64,000 nt of DNA from Octopus vulgaris. Lineage: Eukaryota. The stretch lies in the NCBI GenBank assembly GCA_951406725.2, contig OX597825.1, positions 37,448,001-37,512,000 on the forward strand. Direction: 5' to 3'. How positions within the stretch are numbered: position 1 is the first letter of the stretch; each line of letters begins with the position of its first letter. Under the pieces are notes generated by a model. It was not told where the DNA came from and searched no databases. It worked only from the letters and a program-made list of their open reading frames with translations. A program made the position numbers and the translations under genes. Of this stretch, positions 28,000 through 41,212 are shown in pieces.

Positions 28000-28290
28000 T
28001 AGGGCATATTTCTAAGTCCTTTCGCTGTGATTTTCAGTAATTCTCAAACTACCTCTAACAATATGGATTTTTCTGTTTGAAGTTAGCAAATTTTCAATAT
28101 CTCTATTTCCAATACTTTATATTGGGATAATATGCCAATTTCGTCCGGGGATACATTAGCGTTCTTCCAAATTGATACTTCCATTAGATGACACATCCTA
28201 TCCTGGTGGTCTTCGAGGAGAATGTTCTCTGGATTATGCATTGATCTTATTGCATGCATTAGCACATTCCTAATTATGGTCATTTTCTAT
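28000..28290 (-). mobile_element. Degenerate RLE LINE fragment
   Basis: NPENILLED...CHLMEVSI...SQYKVLEIEILKI resembles the PD..D..K-Y..L..EI RLE region. Confidence 0.55.
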
Positions 28291-28399
28291 CTCTTTCCGA
28301 ATTAATTCAGGAAAACATACAGACATACATATATACACATACTTAACTTCCTAACTCCCCTCCTGCCCTACGTACGTACGTACGTACCTACCTACCTAC

Positions 28400-28468
<69 letters not shown>

Positions 28469-28629
28469 GTATCTATCAATCTATCTATCTATCAATTTAT
28501 CTATCTAACCATATAGAATACGTGAATATGTGAGAGAATACGGTATCCACCAGGATACTTTATCCCTTTCATACTCTTTTAAACAGACAGATGGACACAC
28601 ACATAAATATATATCCTTTTTATCTCTAG

Positions 28630-28741
28630 GTACAAAGCCTCAAATTTTGGGGGAATGGGCCACTCGATTTCATCGACCCCGGTACGCAACTGGTAAGTAA
28701 TTTATCGACCCCGAAAGGTGAAAGGCATAGTCGACCTCGGC
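28630..28741 (-). mobile_element. Partial SINE, family C
   Basis: CATCGACCCCGGTACGCAACTGGTAAGTAATTTATCGACCCCGAAAGGTGAAAGGCATAGTCGACCTCGG. Confidence 0.75.
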
Positions 28742-28789
28742 TATATATATATATAATTTGAAGAGTATAATGGATAAACGATCTGCCTC

Positions 28790-28850
28790 GATAACTGAAG
28801 AGATGCCGGTGCAGGTTTCCGCCCCAACATCCGAAACTCGGAGTTTTATT
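28790..28850 (+). ncRNA. Minimal type I hammerhead motif within a PLE pLTR-like fragment (28755-28955)
   Basis: GATAA-CTGAAGA-GATG...CATC-C-GAAAC-TCGGA-GTT-TTATT: stem I ATAA/TTAT, stem II GATG/CATC, stem III ACTC/GAGT. Confidence 0.7.
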
Positions 28851-29916
28851 ATAGCAACCAAATAATTGTCACATATTATATTACAAATAAATCCCTCTAT
28901 TTACATAATATCGAGGTCTCTTCCATTCTTTTGTTGTCTTACCATTACTATTAATATATATATATATAATGCAGTTCACTCGTGAACGAGGAAGATCATC
29001 ACTGATATCTTTGCAAAATGTCAACAATTCCAGTGCATGAGGTGAGTGGACCAAGGATGGATTCATCTGGGTTCTGTGACTGCCATTCTCACCACCGTGC
29101 TCTCTTACTGAACCGGGCATGAAACAGATGCCTGGCCAGATATTGTGCAACCTATCCTCACCCTAGTGACATGATCTAGGGATAGTCCAGGGCAGAAATC
29201 CAGCACCAATATCTGTCGCAAGCACAGAAATGTGGAGTGCCAAGGTCGCAAGCCGAAGCAAACCATCCCCAAAAGGTTCAATCCCATTCCCTGCATAAGT
29301 TGTTTTATATCAGAGTGACCTTATTCTTGAGATATACTTCTACAAAAAACTTTGGTGTGTTTCACTACCAGTGGTATTTCAGCTCATTAGATACCAACAT
29401 AGAATTCCTGTGTGTACGTGCTATTATTAAATAGAAGCCGGACCTACATGAATTCATATTTCCTTTTGATAGAAGTTGTTTTTAGTTCTATTGGGTTTCT
29501 AGCAACTCTCCTCGCTTCGTAATTTTAGTGGAGGTGCCGCCAAAGAACCGACGATGCAGCAGTTTGTACTGGATTCTATAATAACAGTTGCACTCATGAG
29601 AGGCCTGAGAATTGGTCTTACACTCACATACACATTCACACACGAGCGTGCGCGAACCACGCACGCACATACATATATTATTTTCATATGCATACTTAAC
29701 ACGCAAAATGAGCTGGCTAATATAGCGCATAATTGAGCCTAAAAGAATATAGCGGATAATTGAGCCTAAAAGAATGCTTTGTATTTACTTATACTTATAG
29801 CAAAAAGATTATTTGCTGCTCAGTGTTTGTATCTGCTAACTGATAAAGGCGCAAGTCACGAAGATGCTTAGACGTATTAATTATTTTGAGATCCCGAAAC
29901 ACAAGGAGGAGATAAC

Positions 29917-29966
<50 letters not shown>

Positions 29967-30361
29967 GTGTGTGTATATATAGCTGCTGATCGCCCTAAAG
30001 ACATTAACACACACACATGCACACAGATCTTACCACACACACCACATGCACAGTTTACACACTCAAACAGAAGCACACACACAGTTAATACACCACACAC
30101 ACACGCACTACCACAGGCTACCAAACGCACACACTACACACCGTCACACACGATCACATACAGTTACTGCCACACGCACATTGACGACTTCCTTTCCTCC
30201 TTCGCCTTGGACTTCCCTGTTTCTCCCTGTTTCCAATGAAGCACTATGCTAGAAACGTGAAACTTCTACTCTTTCCCTTCAATGAGAGCCTTATTAATAC
30301 ATTACTTGTGCCACGTCCAAACGTTTGTTTGCTTTATTCTTTTTCTCTGTTTTCCTTAATT

Positions 30362-30413
<52 letters not shown>

Positions 30414-30579
30414 GGATTTATTGTATTCATCCCAAGTTTATTCACTGGAGGAGAAACTCAAGTAATCTACTTACCAGCGTAACAGTGCCAGGGGCGTTTA
30501 CGTGCAATTTCAGATCGTATAGTAGGTGCCCGGAAAGGTCCACATGCATAGGGCCTGTCCATGAGCAGACCAACACTAT

Positions 30580-30757
30580 ATATATATAAGAAAAAAGTTT
30601 AAAACAATACTCCTTACAGAGTTTTTCTTTGTTAAAGCAAATTTGGCTTACAGCTGTTTCCAGTAGTCATGATAGATGGAGACAGCTAGAAGCGAAATTC
30701 GTTCCAATAAAGGAAATATGTGCAATGACCATTAATTTTAACTTGTTTCTTATATAT
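30580..30757. repeat. Degenerate ~180 bp foldback
   Basis: TATATAAGAAA...GCTTACAGCTGTTTCCA pairs with TGGAGACAGCTAGAAGC...TTTCTTATATA. Confidence 0.65.
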
Positions 30758-31900
30758 CACTCTGTGTAAAAACTAATTTGTCTGAGCCCATCACGGATTT
30801 AAAATATATAATAGAATTGTGATGAACCATAACTTTGGACCTTACCAAAAGATTACCTGGAGTTCTTCACTAATATAAGTGATATTGTTAGCTTGATTAT
30901 AAAGTATTTTGCCCAGATTGATAAAGGCTCACTACTTGTTTTCTCTCTATCCTTTTCCACTCTTTAAGCGTCTTATTAATAATTCACATGTGCTACGTTC
31001 TCACGTTGTTGTGTTTTCTTGTCTTTTTCTGTTTTTTTAAAAATTATTATATGTATATATATTTATATCGTTTTAAGTACAGTGAATAGTGTATATATGT
31101 TAGAGAGCTGAATGAATAAATAATAATTGGCATAATTGACTGGCATAAATTTAGAAATGTGACTCCAAATTCAAGATTTTTATGTATAGCAGTCATCATA
31201 GTGTGTCGAAACCTCATTGCTTATTTTCTTATAGAGTAAATTGTAATTGTCTCTGGTAGAAGTTTCGGTTCACTTCTTTCTAGAACATTCAGTCATAAAT
31301 ATATATTTTTCAACCGAATGTTCCAGTAACAATTATAATTCACTGTATATCGGTTTTATAAGAAACAAGTTCCCCTGCAGGAAACTCACAACTATTGATT
31401 GACTTTACTATATAAAAGCATATATCTTTACACACGCACACGCGCGTGCATACACACATACAGATATGTACACTCACACATACAAACACATAAACGTTAT
31501 AAAACCAGTTATGTACCATGCGTAGCGTATGTACGGCATTGATATTTAAGTTATTGTGGTCTTAGTCCAGAGATAAGAACTCTTAAAGACGAGATGTATT
31601 TAAAACAATCAAAATCGGAGGGCGACAGAAACAGCGCCGCTAGCAGCTAGCGAAAATATTACTTGTATTCCAAGCTTTTAGGCCATTTCAAATCACATCC
31701 ATTAGAAGTATTATTTAAAGACAAACACCGGTATAACTTTACTATCTACAAAATACATACATTATGTATTATCCATAGATGGATATTTCAACTTAATACT
31801 GACTCAACTGCATATACCGGATACACACACACATACACATACATATATATGTAAATAAAAAATATATCTTTCTATCTAACTCTGCCTCTGTCTCTCTCTT

Positions 31901-31955
<55 letters not shown>

Positions 31956-31999
31956 TATTTTATATTGCATTATACCAGATATTTATTCTATAAGTAAGC

Positions 32000-32990
32000 T
32001 CTGATTCTTCCATGTATTTCTTCCTTGAATAGTACTGGACAACCAGAGATAATATGGTTAATATTTTCGCTTCCACTCTTCTCATGTTCAGCAATGAGTC
32101 AAGGTGTTTTTGCTCCATTATATGCTTTTAATAGCCAGTGAATGCACTGATACTTTGCTGTTATCAACATTCTTCACTCTCAGCATTTTTGTGCTTGTCT
32201 GCCAGTCCTACACTTATTCGTTATCTATTTTCATCCTGTTCAAGCTATCCGTGTACTCTCGCATACCATCAATTTACTATTTTGTAGCTTAGATAAGTTG
32301 AGACACTTTTTCAACTTTTGTTGTTTTGACTATTTTCCCTTCCCAAATATCAATCCCTATAGTCTCAGCTTTTGCTTTATTGGCTTACGCGAATATAATA
32401 AAAACATTTTGTGTTGATTGTGTTTTTAGATTTTTGCATTAGTTTTCTATTGTTCTTTTCTACAGTGAATATTTTATAATATTTTCCAGTTGGATTTACC
32501 CCCTACTTCCCGGTATACTTGATATGTATAATCTTTGTAGTTCAGACTTAAGGTGGTGCATTCTAAATGCAGTCAATATTTCTTGATTTCCTGTTATATT
32601 TTCAAAATCATTTAACATACATTTACGATTATAACAATAACCTTGCTATAGGATCAACTACAATAATGTTATTTATTACCATATATATTTTGCATTTAAC
32701 TGTTTCAACTTATAAACTAATATGCTGTTAATATTCTTTCCAAGCATTTTCTTTCATCTGTGTATTTAGCATTCTGTCAAGTTCATTGATTCCTAAATAT
32801 TTATAAGTCTATTACTTTTGGCCAAATTGCTATATTTTCGTTTCTCATCTAGCGTATTTTCCCTCGCTTCAAGTATTCTTTAGTGGTATTTACTAATTCG
32901 TACGAAATTTTTTAGTGAAAGGTTTCAGTAGCAGTTTTCGTAGTTGCTTAGCAACTAGATCATAAAAATTAAGTTTCTCCATATTCAGAC
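32000..32990 (-). mobile_element. Old R4/Dong-like LINE RT-thumb relic
   Basis: Minus YKYLGINE...MKE..WKEY (32735-32810) and the downstream GG..QLE-like motif, with many stops. Confidence 0.6.
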
Positions 32991-33027
32991 TTGTTAATTG
33001 GCCTCCTATATTATTTATGTCCATATA

Positions 33028-33428
33028 GGTGCAGGAGTGGCTGTGTGGTAAGTAGCTTGCTTACCAACCACATGGTTCCGGGTTCAGTCCCGCTGCGTGG
33101 CATCTTGGGCGAGTGTCTTCTGCTATAGCCCTGAGCCGACCAAAGCCTTGTGAGTGGATTTGGTAGACGGAAACTGAAAGAAGCCTGTCGTATATATGTA
33201 TATGTATGTGTTGTGTGTATATGTTTGTGTGTCTGTGTTTGTCTCCCTACCATTGCTTGACAACCCACGCTGGTGTGTTTACGTTCCCGTCACTTAGCGG
33301 TTCGGCAAAAGAGACCGATATAATAAGTACTGGGCTTACAAAGAATAAGTCCCGGGGTCGATTTGCTCGACTAAAGGCGGTACTCCAGCATGGCCGCAGT
33401 TAAATGACTGAAACAAGTAACAGAGTAT
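33028..33428 (+). mobile_element. Full-length tRNA-derived SINE, family A
   Basis: A box GAGTGGCTGTGTGGTAAG, B box GGGTTCAGTCCC, CORE-like ATCTTGGGCGAGT, internal TG tract, tail GACTGAAACAAGTAACAGAGTA. Confidence 0.92.
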
Positions 33429-34274
33429 GAAATCAAGTCTGATTTCAGATAGTGGTAAAAGATGTTCGCGTTCGATACAAAAGGTTTGAGAGAAGGAAAC
33501 CTTTCTTGAAACATTTTACTTCTAACGGAAATTCGATTACTTATTAGACATTCTTGTTTGTCCTTGTTGATAAATTGTTTGGTGACATTTTAAATATATC
33601 TACTTATTTTTTGTTAAAAATTCTGCTTCTTATGACTAAGGTTTATAGACACCAAGTGGGGAAGAGAGAATGCTGACCAAAGTCTTCTTTTTGCCAATGT
33701 TATATTCAAAATGTATTTCAAATTTAGGATTTTTCTGCTATACGTTTGTTAAAAAGAAATGCTTACAGTTCTAGCAAATTCCGTTGTTTTGCAGATGTTA
33801 ATTTATTCTAAACTATATCGTTGCAACAAGCGCTTTATAGGTATGGCGGTGGAGCTTTTAGTGATCAGTTTTTTCATTAATGCAGGGATTTAAATTTATT
33901 TTATCCACAGTGCTCATACACTCAATTGTTATATACGTTAATAAATCATTATTAAGCAAATTTCTTTGCACCAGATATATATCCCAGATAGATATTTCCA
34001 ATAATAGTTTTATTGTGCACCAACGTTCTCTAAATTTTTGTGTCTTGCAGCATCTTGGCTATATCTGATGTCGTTAAAACCTCTAAACGTTCTTCACATA
34101 TTGTGTTCGTTGTTTCTTCTCTGCCCATTATTCTATCGGAATTTTTCTAATTACATAATGTTGGAGTGAAATATATTTAAGCAACATTTTCATAAATTTA
34201 AGCTGCTTTGTTTCAAGAACAACATTTGTTCTGCAAACGAATAAATCCTTTGTGATTAAGAGAGAATTTCTATA

Positions 34275-34288
34275 ATAATGTAATAATG

Positions 34289-34359
<71 letters not shown>

Positions 34360-34465
34360 CTATGAATGGAATTTATTAATATCTCAATGTATTACTATTC
34401 ACGACCTTTGATTTGTGGAAGCGTACGTAGCGATGCATTAAAATATTTATAAATTCCATCCATGG

Positions 34466-34531
<66 letters not shown>
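34275..34531. repeat. Foldback with (AAT)n / (ATT)n outer arms
   Basis: (AAT)n-CTATGAATGGAATTTATTAATATCTCAATGTATTACTA is inverted to TAGCGATGCATTAAAATATTTATAAATTCCATCCATGG-(ATT)n. Confidence 0.8.
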
Positions 34532-34776
34532 TTCATCCTATATTATATCGGCGCAGTGCGGTGTGATCCTGTCCCACGAAAGTGACAGTTGGCATCAATA
34601 GGTTGTAGCTGGCATAACGAAATAAGACCTGTTATATGCATATTTATAACGTTTCCCGTAAGTGAACTTAAAGGATATGTGTATGTGTTCCTGTGTGAAT
34701 GTGTTCTCTCTCACTTTGTATATATATATATATATATATATATAGGCACATCACACACAGACATATATATGTATGT

Positions 34777-34844
<68 letters not shown>

Positions 34845-35269
34845 GTGCATATATATAAATATCTTGAGAGAGAAAGAGAGAGAATGAGAGGAGAGTGAAA
34901 GAGAAAAAATAAAGTTTTATTCCACTCGGGTAGAAATGTTGGAAAAATATAATTTGAAAATGAACTGAGAATAGTTCAGATATTTTTTATTAATATATCT
35001 TAACTATTATTCATCGGTGTCACAGTTTACGCTTATTTTCAAAAAGTTGAAATAGAAAAACGTGGCTTATGTCGCAGGTGTCTTGCATCTGACTAGTGTT
35101 TGAAGCTTACCCTCATAGGGTTTTCATGGCTCAAATTAGTCTATGTTTTGAATAGGATTTGATTTGCAGAGGATAATCACATGACTGGTCTTAAAAATTT
35201 TTGTACGGTCTCCGCTACGTCTGACTGTTATTATCAATCTTATTGAATACAACATAAAAATTCAAATCA

Positions 35270-36245
35270 GGACATACTTTTACCGTAAAACATCACTTTA
35301 CATGTTCTGCAAAAAATTTAATATAATAAATAAATGTCAAGGATGTAATAAAGATTACACAGGTCAAACAAAGCTACTCTAATAAGTAAGACTGATCGTT
35401 CACCGACAACAAATACGAGACCCTAGTACTAGGCAGATTCCACTGAATGAACACATAGACATATGTGCAAAAAAATAAGTCCACGAATTCCTTGTCTTTC
35501 CACTCTATGTATGCTCACAGATGAAGCACGGATAAACAGAGAAAATACTTTCATACGAAAGTACAAGCCAAGACTTTAACAGATTATACACACAAATAAC
35601 TACTCACACACAAAACTCAGTTTGCCACTTAGCATGAGGAACCTACACACCTAACAACCTGAACTTCAGCCACTGGACTACATACAAACGACTTCTGTCT
35701 ACTCGTCCACCAGACAGATTAAATCTGGAGTGCCTTGATGGTGACAAACATGTTTACTCAACCGCGTCGGCCTTCTTTTAGGAGCAAAATATACTGTTAC
35801 GTGTCACTAACGCACCGACGTAGCAGGAAACGTACAAAAGGTTATAAACTTAATCATGTGTTCATTCTCTACTAACACTTGACAGGAACCATTCGGAGCA
35901 TTGATTGTTTGGGCATGTTCAGTCAAATGTGGCAGCCTTAACTTATGACGTTAAACATTGTCACTTGATATTAACACACCGACGTTGCAGGGAACCTACA
36001 ATAATTTCTAACGCCAGTCATGAGACTATCCTCTACTAATTAAAACCTATTCAAAAATTATTCTAATTTTAGCCACGAACTCCATATAAAAGATAGGACA
36101 AGCTACTAGTCAGAAGTAAGGCAGCAGCGATATAAGCCATGTCTTCCAATTACAACTTTTGAAAAGCAGTGTAACTTGTAAACCCGGTTAAAGCTTTATA
36201 TATGTTAATAAAAACTATTCTGAGTGTATTTTCAACTTCTCTTTT
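35270..36245 (+). mobile_element. Degenerate Penelope-like element 3' part (GIY-YIG and tail)
   Basis: FTCSAKNLI..CQGCNKDYTGQT...VHRQQIRDPSTRQIPL...VFPLY...FIRKYKPRL, with frameshifts. Confidence 0.8.
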
Positions 36246-36246
36246 T

Positions 36247-36287
<41 letters not shown>

Positions 36288-37200
36288 TTGTATCAAAATA
36301 TCGGGTAAAATATCGGATGTATATATATATATATATTTGTATCAATATATCGGGTAAAAGCTTTGCTTTATTGGTTCCGATTCAAATCCTGTTTTCACCA
36401 ATGTTACCTTGCATCTTTCAAGAGAAGAACATGTGAAACCATTCAGAGTATTTACTGCGAGAAACACTTCAATTCTATTGAATTCTATTAGAGAGGTTCA
36501 TTGACCTTTTGCTAGAGTATGATGGAAGATAAACCTTGTGTAAATCGAGTTCAATTCTTTATTGAGTGAGATATTTTCTCCTTATTTTCTACACTTTTCT
36601 TTTTATTGTCCATGTTGCTTACTTAGAGTTTTTTTTTATATGAGCTGAACTCGGTTAAATCTCAATTTCATACGCAATCACAGAGACCTCTGCATCTATC
36701 ATTGGCATTGACGTGATGGAATTGATGTCCATATTGTTTTTAATTAAATTTCCATGATCCGTTTTGAGAGGTTTTCTGGATGGACCATTTCATCAATACG
36801 TTTTAGTGTTGAGAGGCACTTTCGTTGGTGCATAGGAAGATCTGTTCTTTTTAATTATTTAAATATCTCCATTATTAATTTGTCGTATTCAAAATTTCCT
36901 TCCTCAAAAATTCTTATTATTTAATAACTTTCATAAACATTTCTGTTTCTATTTTTGCATGCATTTTCAGATTTGATTTTTGTCTTTTAGTATTCTGTTA
37001 TGTATGATTATTCAATTTGCTTTGCGCATATTAGTTCTATCATTATGATTTAAGTTCTCAAGATTTAAGTTTTCTCTTTTGTATTTTCTATTGCTCTTTA
37101 AATTTGCGGCACTACAAATTTCGTAGACCATATATATTATTTTTTAATTATTTACATTATTTACATTCGACGGATATTTGCCCTCATCTTGTTTGTTGTT

Positions 37201-37246
37201 AACACAACGTTTCGGCTGATAAACCCTCCAGCCTTCATCAGATGTC
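37201..37246 (-). ncRNA. Minimal hammerhead motif
   Basis: Minus GACAT-CTGATGA-A-GGCTG-GAGGGTTTAT-CAGCC-GAAAC-GTT-GTGTT. Confidence 0.7.
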
Positions 37247-37515
37247 TTGGGGAAATTCCTAAGGTATTTTTCCATGTTATTATTATGATTATTATTATTC
37301 AGGTCACTGCCTGGAATCGAACTGGAAATCTTGGGGTTAGTAGCCCACGCTTTTAACGACTACGCCATATGCTCACGGGCATATGTTTAAGAGCGCGGGC
37401 TACTAACCCCAAAATTGCGAGTTCGATTCCAAGCAGTGACCTGAACAACAATAATAATAATAATAATAATAATGATAATAATAATAATGATAATAATAAT
37501 AATAACAATAATAAC

Positions 37516-37601
<86 letters not shown>

Positions 37602-37650
37602 CATCGAAGAACACCCTAGGAATGAGAACCCAGGTTCGAAATTTCCCCAA

Positions 37651-37695
37651 GACACCTGAAGAAGGCTGGAGGGCATATCAGCCGAAACGTTGTGC
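37651..37695 (+). ncRNA. Minimal hammerhead motif
   Basis: GACAC-CTGAAGA-A-GGCTG-GAGGGCATAT-CAGCC-GAAAC-GTT-GTGC, with palindromic AACGTT stem III. Confidence 0.7.
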
Positions 37696-39847
37696 TGACA
37701 TGAAACAAGATGAGGACAAATATCCGAATGTAAATAATGTAAATAATGTACATAATTCCTTATCTCTTAAATATAGAACTCTATATTAGTTTTGTTTTAC
37801 CGGAGATATGTCACAGAAAAAAACATACATAACGAAGAGAACTGTATCTTTCTTGTCCCATTTTGAGTTTTCCTTGCTTTTTACAATTTCGAGATTTGAA
37901 GGCTGAAGATTATTTAGAATATCATAGTTTCCGTCGTCTTCCGGTATGTTTGCATCTGGTGGTACTGAAATGTATACGTGCTACATTTGGTATTTTTAAT
38001 GTATCAAATTGAAAAATCGCATTCGTCTACTTAATCTAACGTAAGTGATATTGTTATTTTATGCATTATATACAATTTTCGAATGGAAGACAGCATTAAG
38101 CAAGTGCTGTTATGAAATATGCTTCAAAACTTTGTTTATACTTGATACATATCACCAAGCACTATCTACATTTGTAATAAATTAACTGCGAGAGCTGTTA
38201 ATAAACATTAGTATTTCCAAGTATTACATAGCTATTTTAAAAAATAATCACATTGTTATATGACTCGTTATTTCTAGTCGTTATTTTTGGATTTTTTCGG
38301 AGCAGTCAGGAAGATTTGTGAGGAAATGAGCTTTGACCATGGAGAGCATGCAAGCAATAGACTACTGTTGAAACCCATCTATATTCATTATTATAATTAT
38401 TATCTGTCTGCTGTTAACATGATTTGTTCTCCGTTAGTTTGTTTATACGTGGCATCCGAACGTCGTCCAATACGAACATTTTCAATACATTAATTATATG
38501 AGGAGAAAAGATCAATAAATTTTACTACTAAGACTTAAACAGTTATTTTTTCAATATATTTTTTGTTTAATTTTTCCAGATTTGATTCATTGTTATTTAA
38601 TCGTTATTAATGCATATTTTTTCAGAGCAACCATGTAATGTCCTCTCATATTAAATGTCCTCTCGTATTAACACACTAAAACATAAATTTAAACAATACA
38701 CACGCACACAGAAAGACATTAAAAACAATAATAAATCTTTAGGAATACTAGTCAAATAAAGTTAAGACATTGCTCAGCTATCAAGGGTAAAACTATGTTT
38801 CAATTGCATATCACTTGAAAATGTACGCGATTGCTGGCTCTTATTTGTTTTGTTTAATTAATGTTAATCGTCAGAAGTCACAGACGCCAAGACTTGCACA
38901 CGTTGCTCTTTATCAAATAAATTTGATACGAGCCTATATGCAATGCACGAAATTCTGTTCCATTGACTTACGCGTATAACATCTGCCGGTTCAAAAGTAC
39001 AAAATATGTACATACATGTATTTAAATCTGTTTGTTCGGTTTTCTTCTATTGAACCAATTTATTTATGTAAATGTATGCGTATGTATAGGTGAATATATG
39101 TATAGGTGTGTTTGTAAAGGCGAATATATGTCCATGCCTCTGACGTTCGAAGCTGTTGGCTCTGCCATACTTGTAGAGCTTGTCTTGAACAAATAAGAAG
39201 CCTCTATAAGACTGCCATGCGAAGGATATTTGGAAGTTGCCTATAGTCTCCGACCTGAAAATTCTCTAGTAAAGACTGCTCAGACTATTCCCGCCGATTC
39301 ACAGAATCAATCACATCCCATCATCCGTCATACTCTCAAATGAACCTCATTAAAACCTGTCAAAATTCTATATGACAAACACTAGCCCTGGATTACGTCT
39401 GACTCATCGTTTGACTCATGAATACGGCTTTAGGTAAAGTACCGTGCTATAGTAAGACGTGTTGCACGAAGGACGGCCACACCACTTTTCCCTAATATCG
39501 GGTTTTGTCGGCGCCTTTGTAATAATTTAGCTATTTCTGCAAAGAGGAGCATCCAGAGATAATCTCTTATAGTGTATTAATAAATGATATATTTTCTGAT
39601 GAGTAAAAATTGCCCTTGCCTCAACAATCGGAAAAAGCAGGTGCTCTTATCCAGTCAGAGGTTTTTTTGAACAAGGTTCATGGTAGTACAATCCATGGGG
39701 AATGTATATGGATTAGCTACCTCTGTCTGACTCTTCCTGGACGGCTTTCTCTCAGTCTATATCTGAGAGAGCCGGGTCACCCAGTTTGCTGCATCATATC
39801 ACTTCCTATTAACCTAGAGATATGATTTGATTTAGGATCTAAGCACT

Positions 39848-39886
39848 TTCATCGGGCTCTCAAATCCGATTTGAGAGCCCGATGAA
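39848..39886. repeat. Perfect 19 bp-arm palindrome
   Basis: TTCATCGGGCTCTCAAATC-C-GATTTGAGAGCCCGATGAA. Confidence 0.95.
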
Positions 39887-40612
39887 GCCCTTAAAAGTAT
39901 GTCTACAAGTTTGTCCTGATTTATCTGCCCTCCTAATAATGATGATGAGGATAATGTGGATGATGATGATTATAATGATGGTGGTTATGATGATTATCAT
40001 GATTAAATTCATTAATCGTTACCATTGACTCCAGTACTTGTCTACAACATAGGGATATAAACGCGAAACGTAAAGGGCTGGGGCAAATACCTCATCTTGA
40101 CTGTCGCTCTTACCACTTTTGCCTGGCCAAACGCAAAATCATATAAATTTTGAGAGTGGGCTTGCCCCTATGTAACTGAGCCACACTTGGAAGGTGTTTG
40201 CCAACCATCAGGCTGCCTAATGTATAAGTTTATTTTTATCCTTCTTTTAATGACAAATGACTTTATAAAATCTTCTACACTACAGGCTAAAAGTTTTATA
40301 TACAGCAATATTCCCCAACTTGTTTTGCCCTACAGACCGATTCCATACAAGACAATTTTTCCACGGACAGGGGAATCGCACATATAACAAAACACACTAA
40401 AGGGTAAAATATATATTATTTAATTACTACACATACGATACGTATACTCGTATATTTATACATACATACATACATACATACATATACCTATACATATATA
40501 GATATATATGTATATATATGTATAGACATATATACGTATATTTGCATATATCTACACACACACACACCTATATATATATATATATATATAAATGTTGTAT
40601 AAATGATGATGT

Positions 40613-41071
40613 GTAAGGCCAAAACAATGCAAAGTAAATGCACGGTAAATCACAAGAAAACAAATTTGTGAATTAATGTAGACTTACCTTGTATTCAATA
40701 TTGGGGTTATGACCCACATTTTTAAGAAATTGACGAATGTTGCCGATGTGCGTGTGAGCGTGTGTGAAGTGGACATGCGCAGAAACCAATGATCAGTAAT
40801 AGAAGGGAGATAAGGAAGCTAGCCGGTTGCTATAGCAACACTCTTCTGCGCATACCCACTCCACATACGCTCACACGCTTGCTGGTTACTATAGCAACAT
40901 TCTTCTGCGCATGTCCACTCCACACACGTTCACACGCACATCGGCAACATTCGTCACGTTCTTGAAAATGGGGTCATATCCCCGAAATATCGAATACAAG
41001 TAAGTCTAAATTAATTGACATATTTTTCTTGTGATTTACCTTGCATTTACTTCGCATTGTTTTGACCTTAC
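40613..41071. mobile_element. MITE with ~170 bp terminal inverted repeats
   Basis: GTAAGGCCAAAACAATGCAAAGTAAATGCA...CATGCGCAGAA is inverted to TTCTGCGCATG...TGCATTTACTTCGCATTGTTTTGACCTTAC. Internal ~58 bp tandem duplication. Confidence 0.9.
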
Positions 41072-41132
41072 CCACGGTCTTTTATAAAATATATTCTACA
41101 CAATGCTTCACAGTAATTATTCTTTTATATAC

Positions 41133-41212
<80 letters not shown>

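Larger units (their letters stand above)
37145..37775. mobile_element. Head-to-head pair of tRNA-headed SINE-like units with hammerhead-containing tails
   Basis: The centre CATATGCTCACGGGCATATG (~37366-37385) joins two inverted units. Each has a tRNA-like head (TTAAGAGCGCGGGCTACTAACCCC...GAGTTCGATTCC), (AAT)n, then CTGA(A/T)GA-AGGCTG...CAGCC-GAAACGTTGTG and a (TGTAAATAA) tail. Confidence 0.88.

Noticed and set aside
28975-29600. GC-richer block, possible DIRS or other retroelement coding relic, with a weak hammerhead-like motif at ~29505-29600 (-)
   Set aside because: No convincing motif series in any frame, and the core boxes are mutated. Left uncalled.
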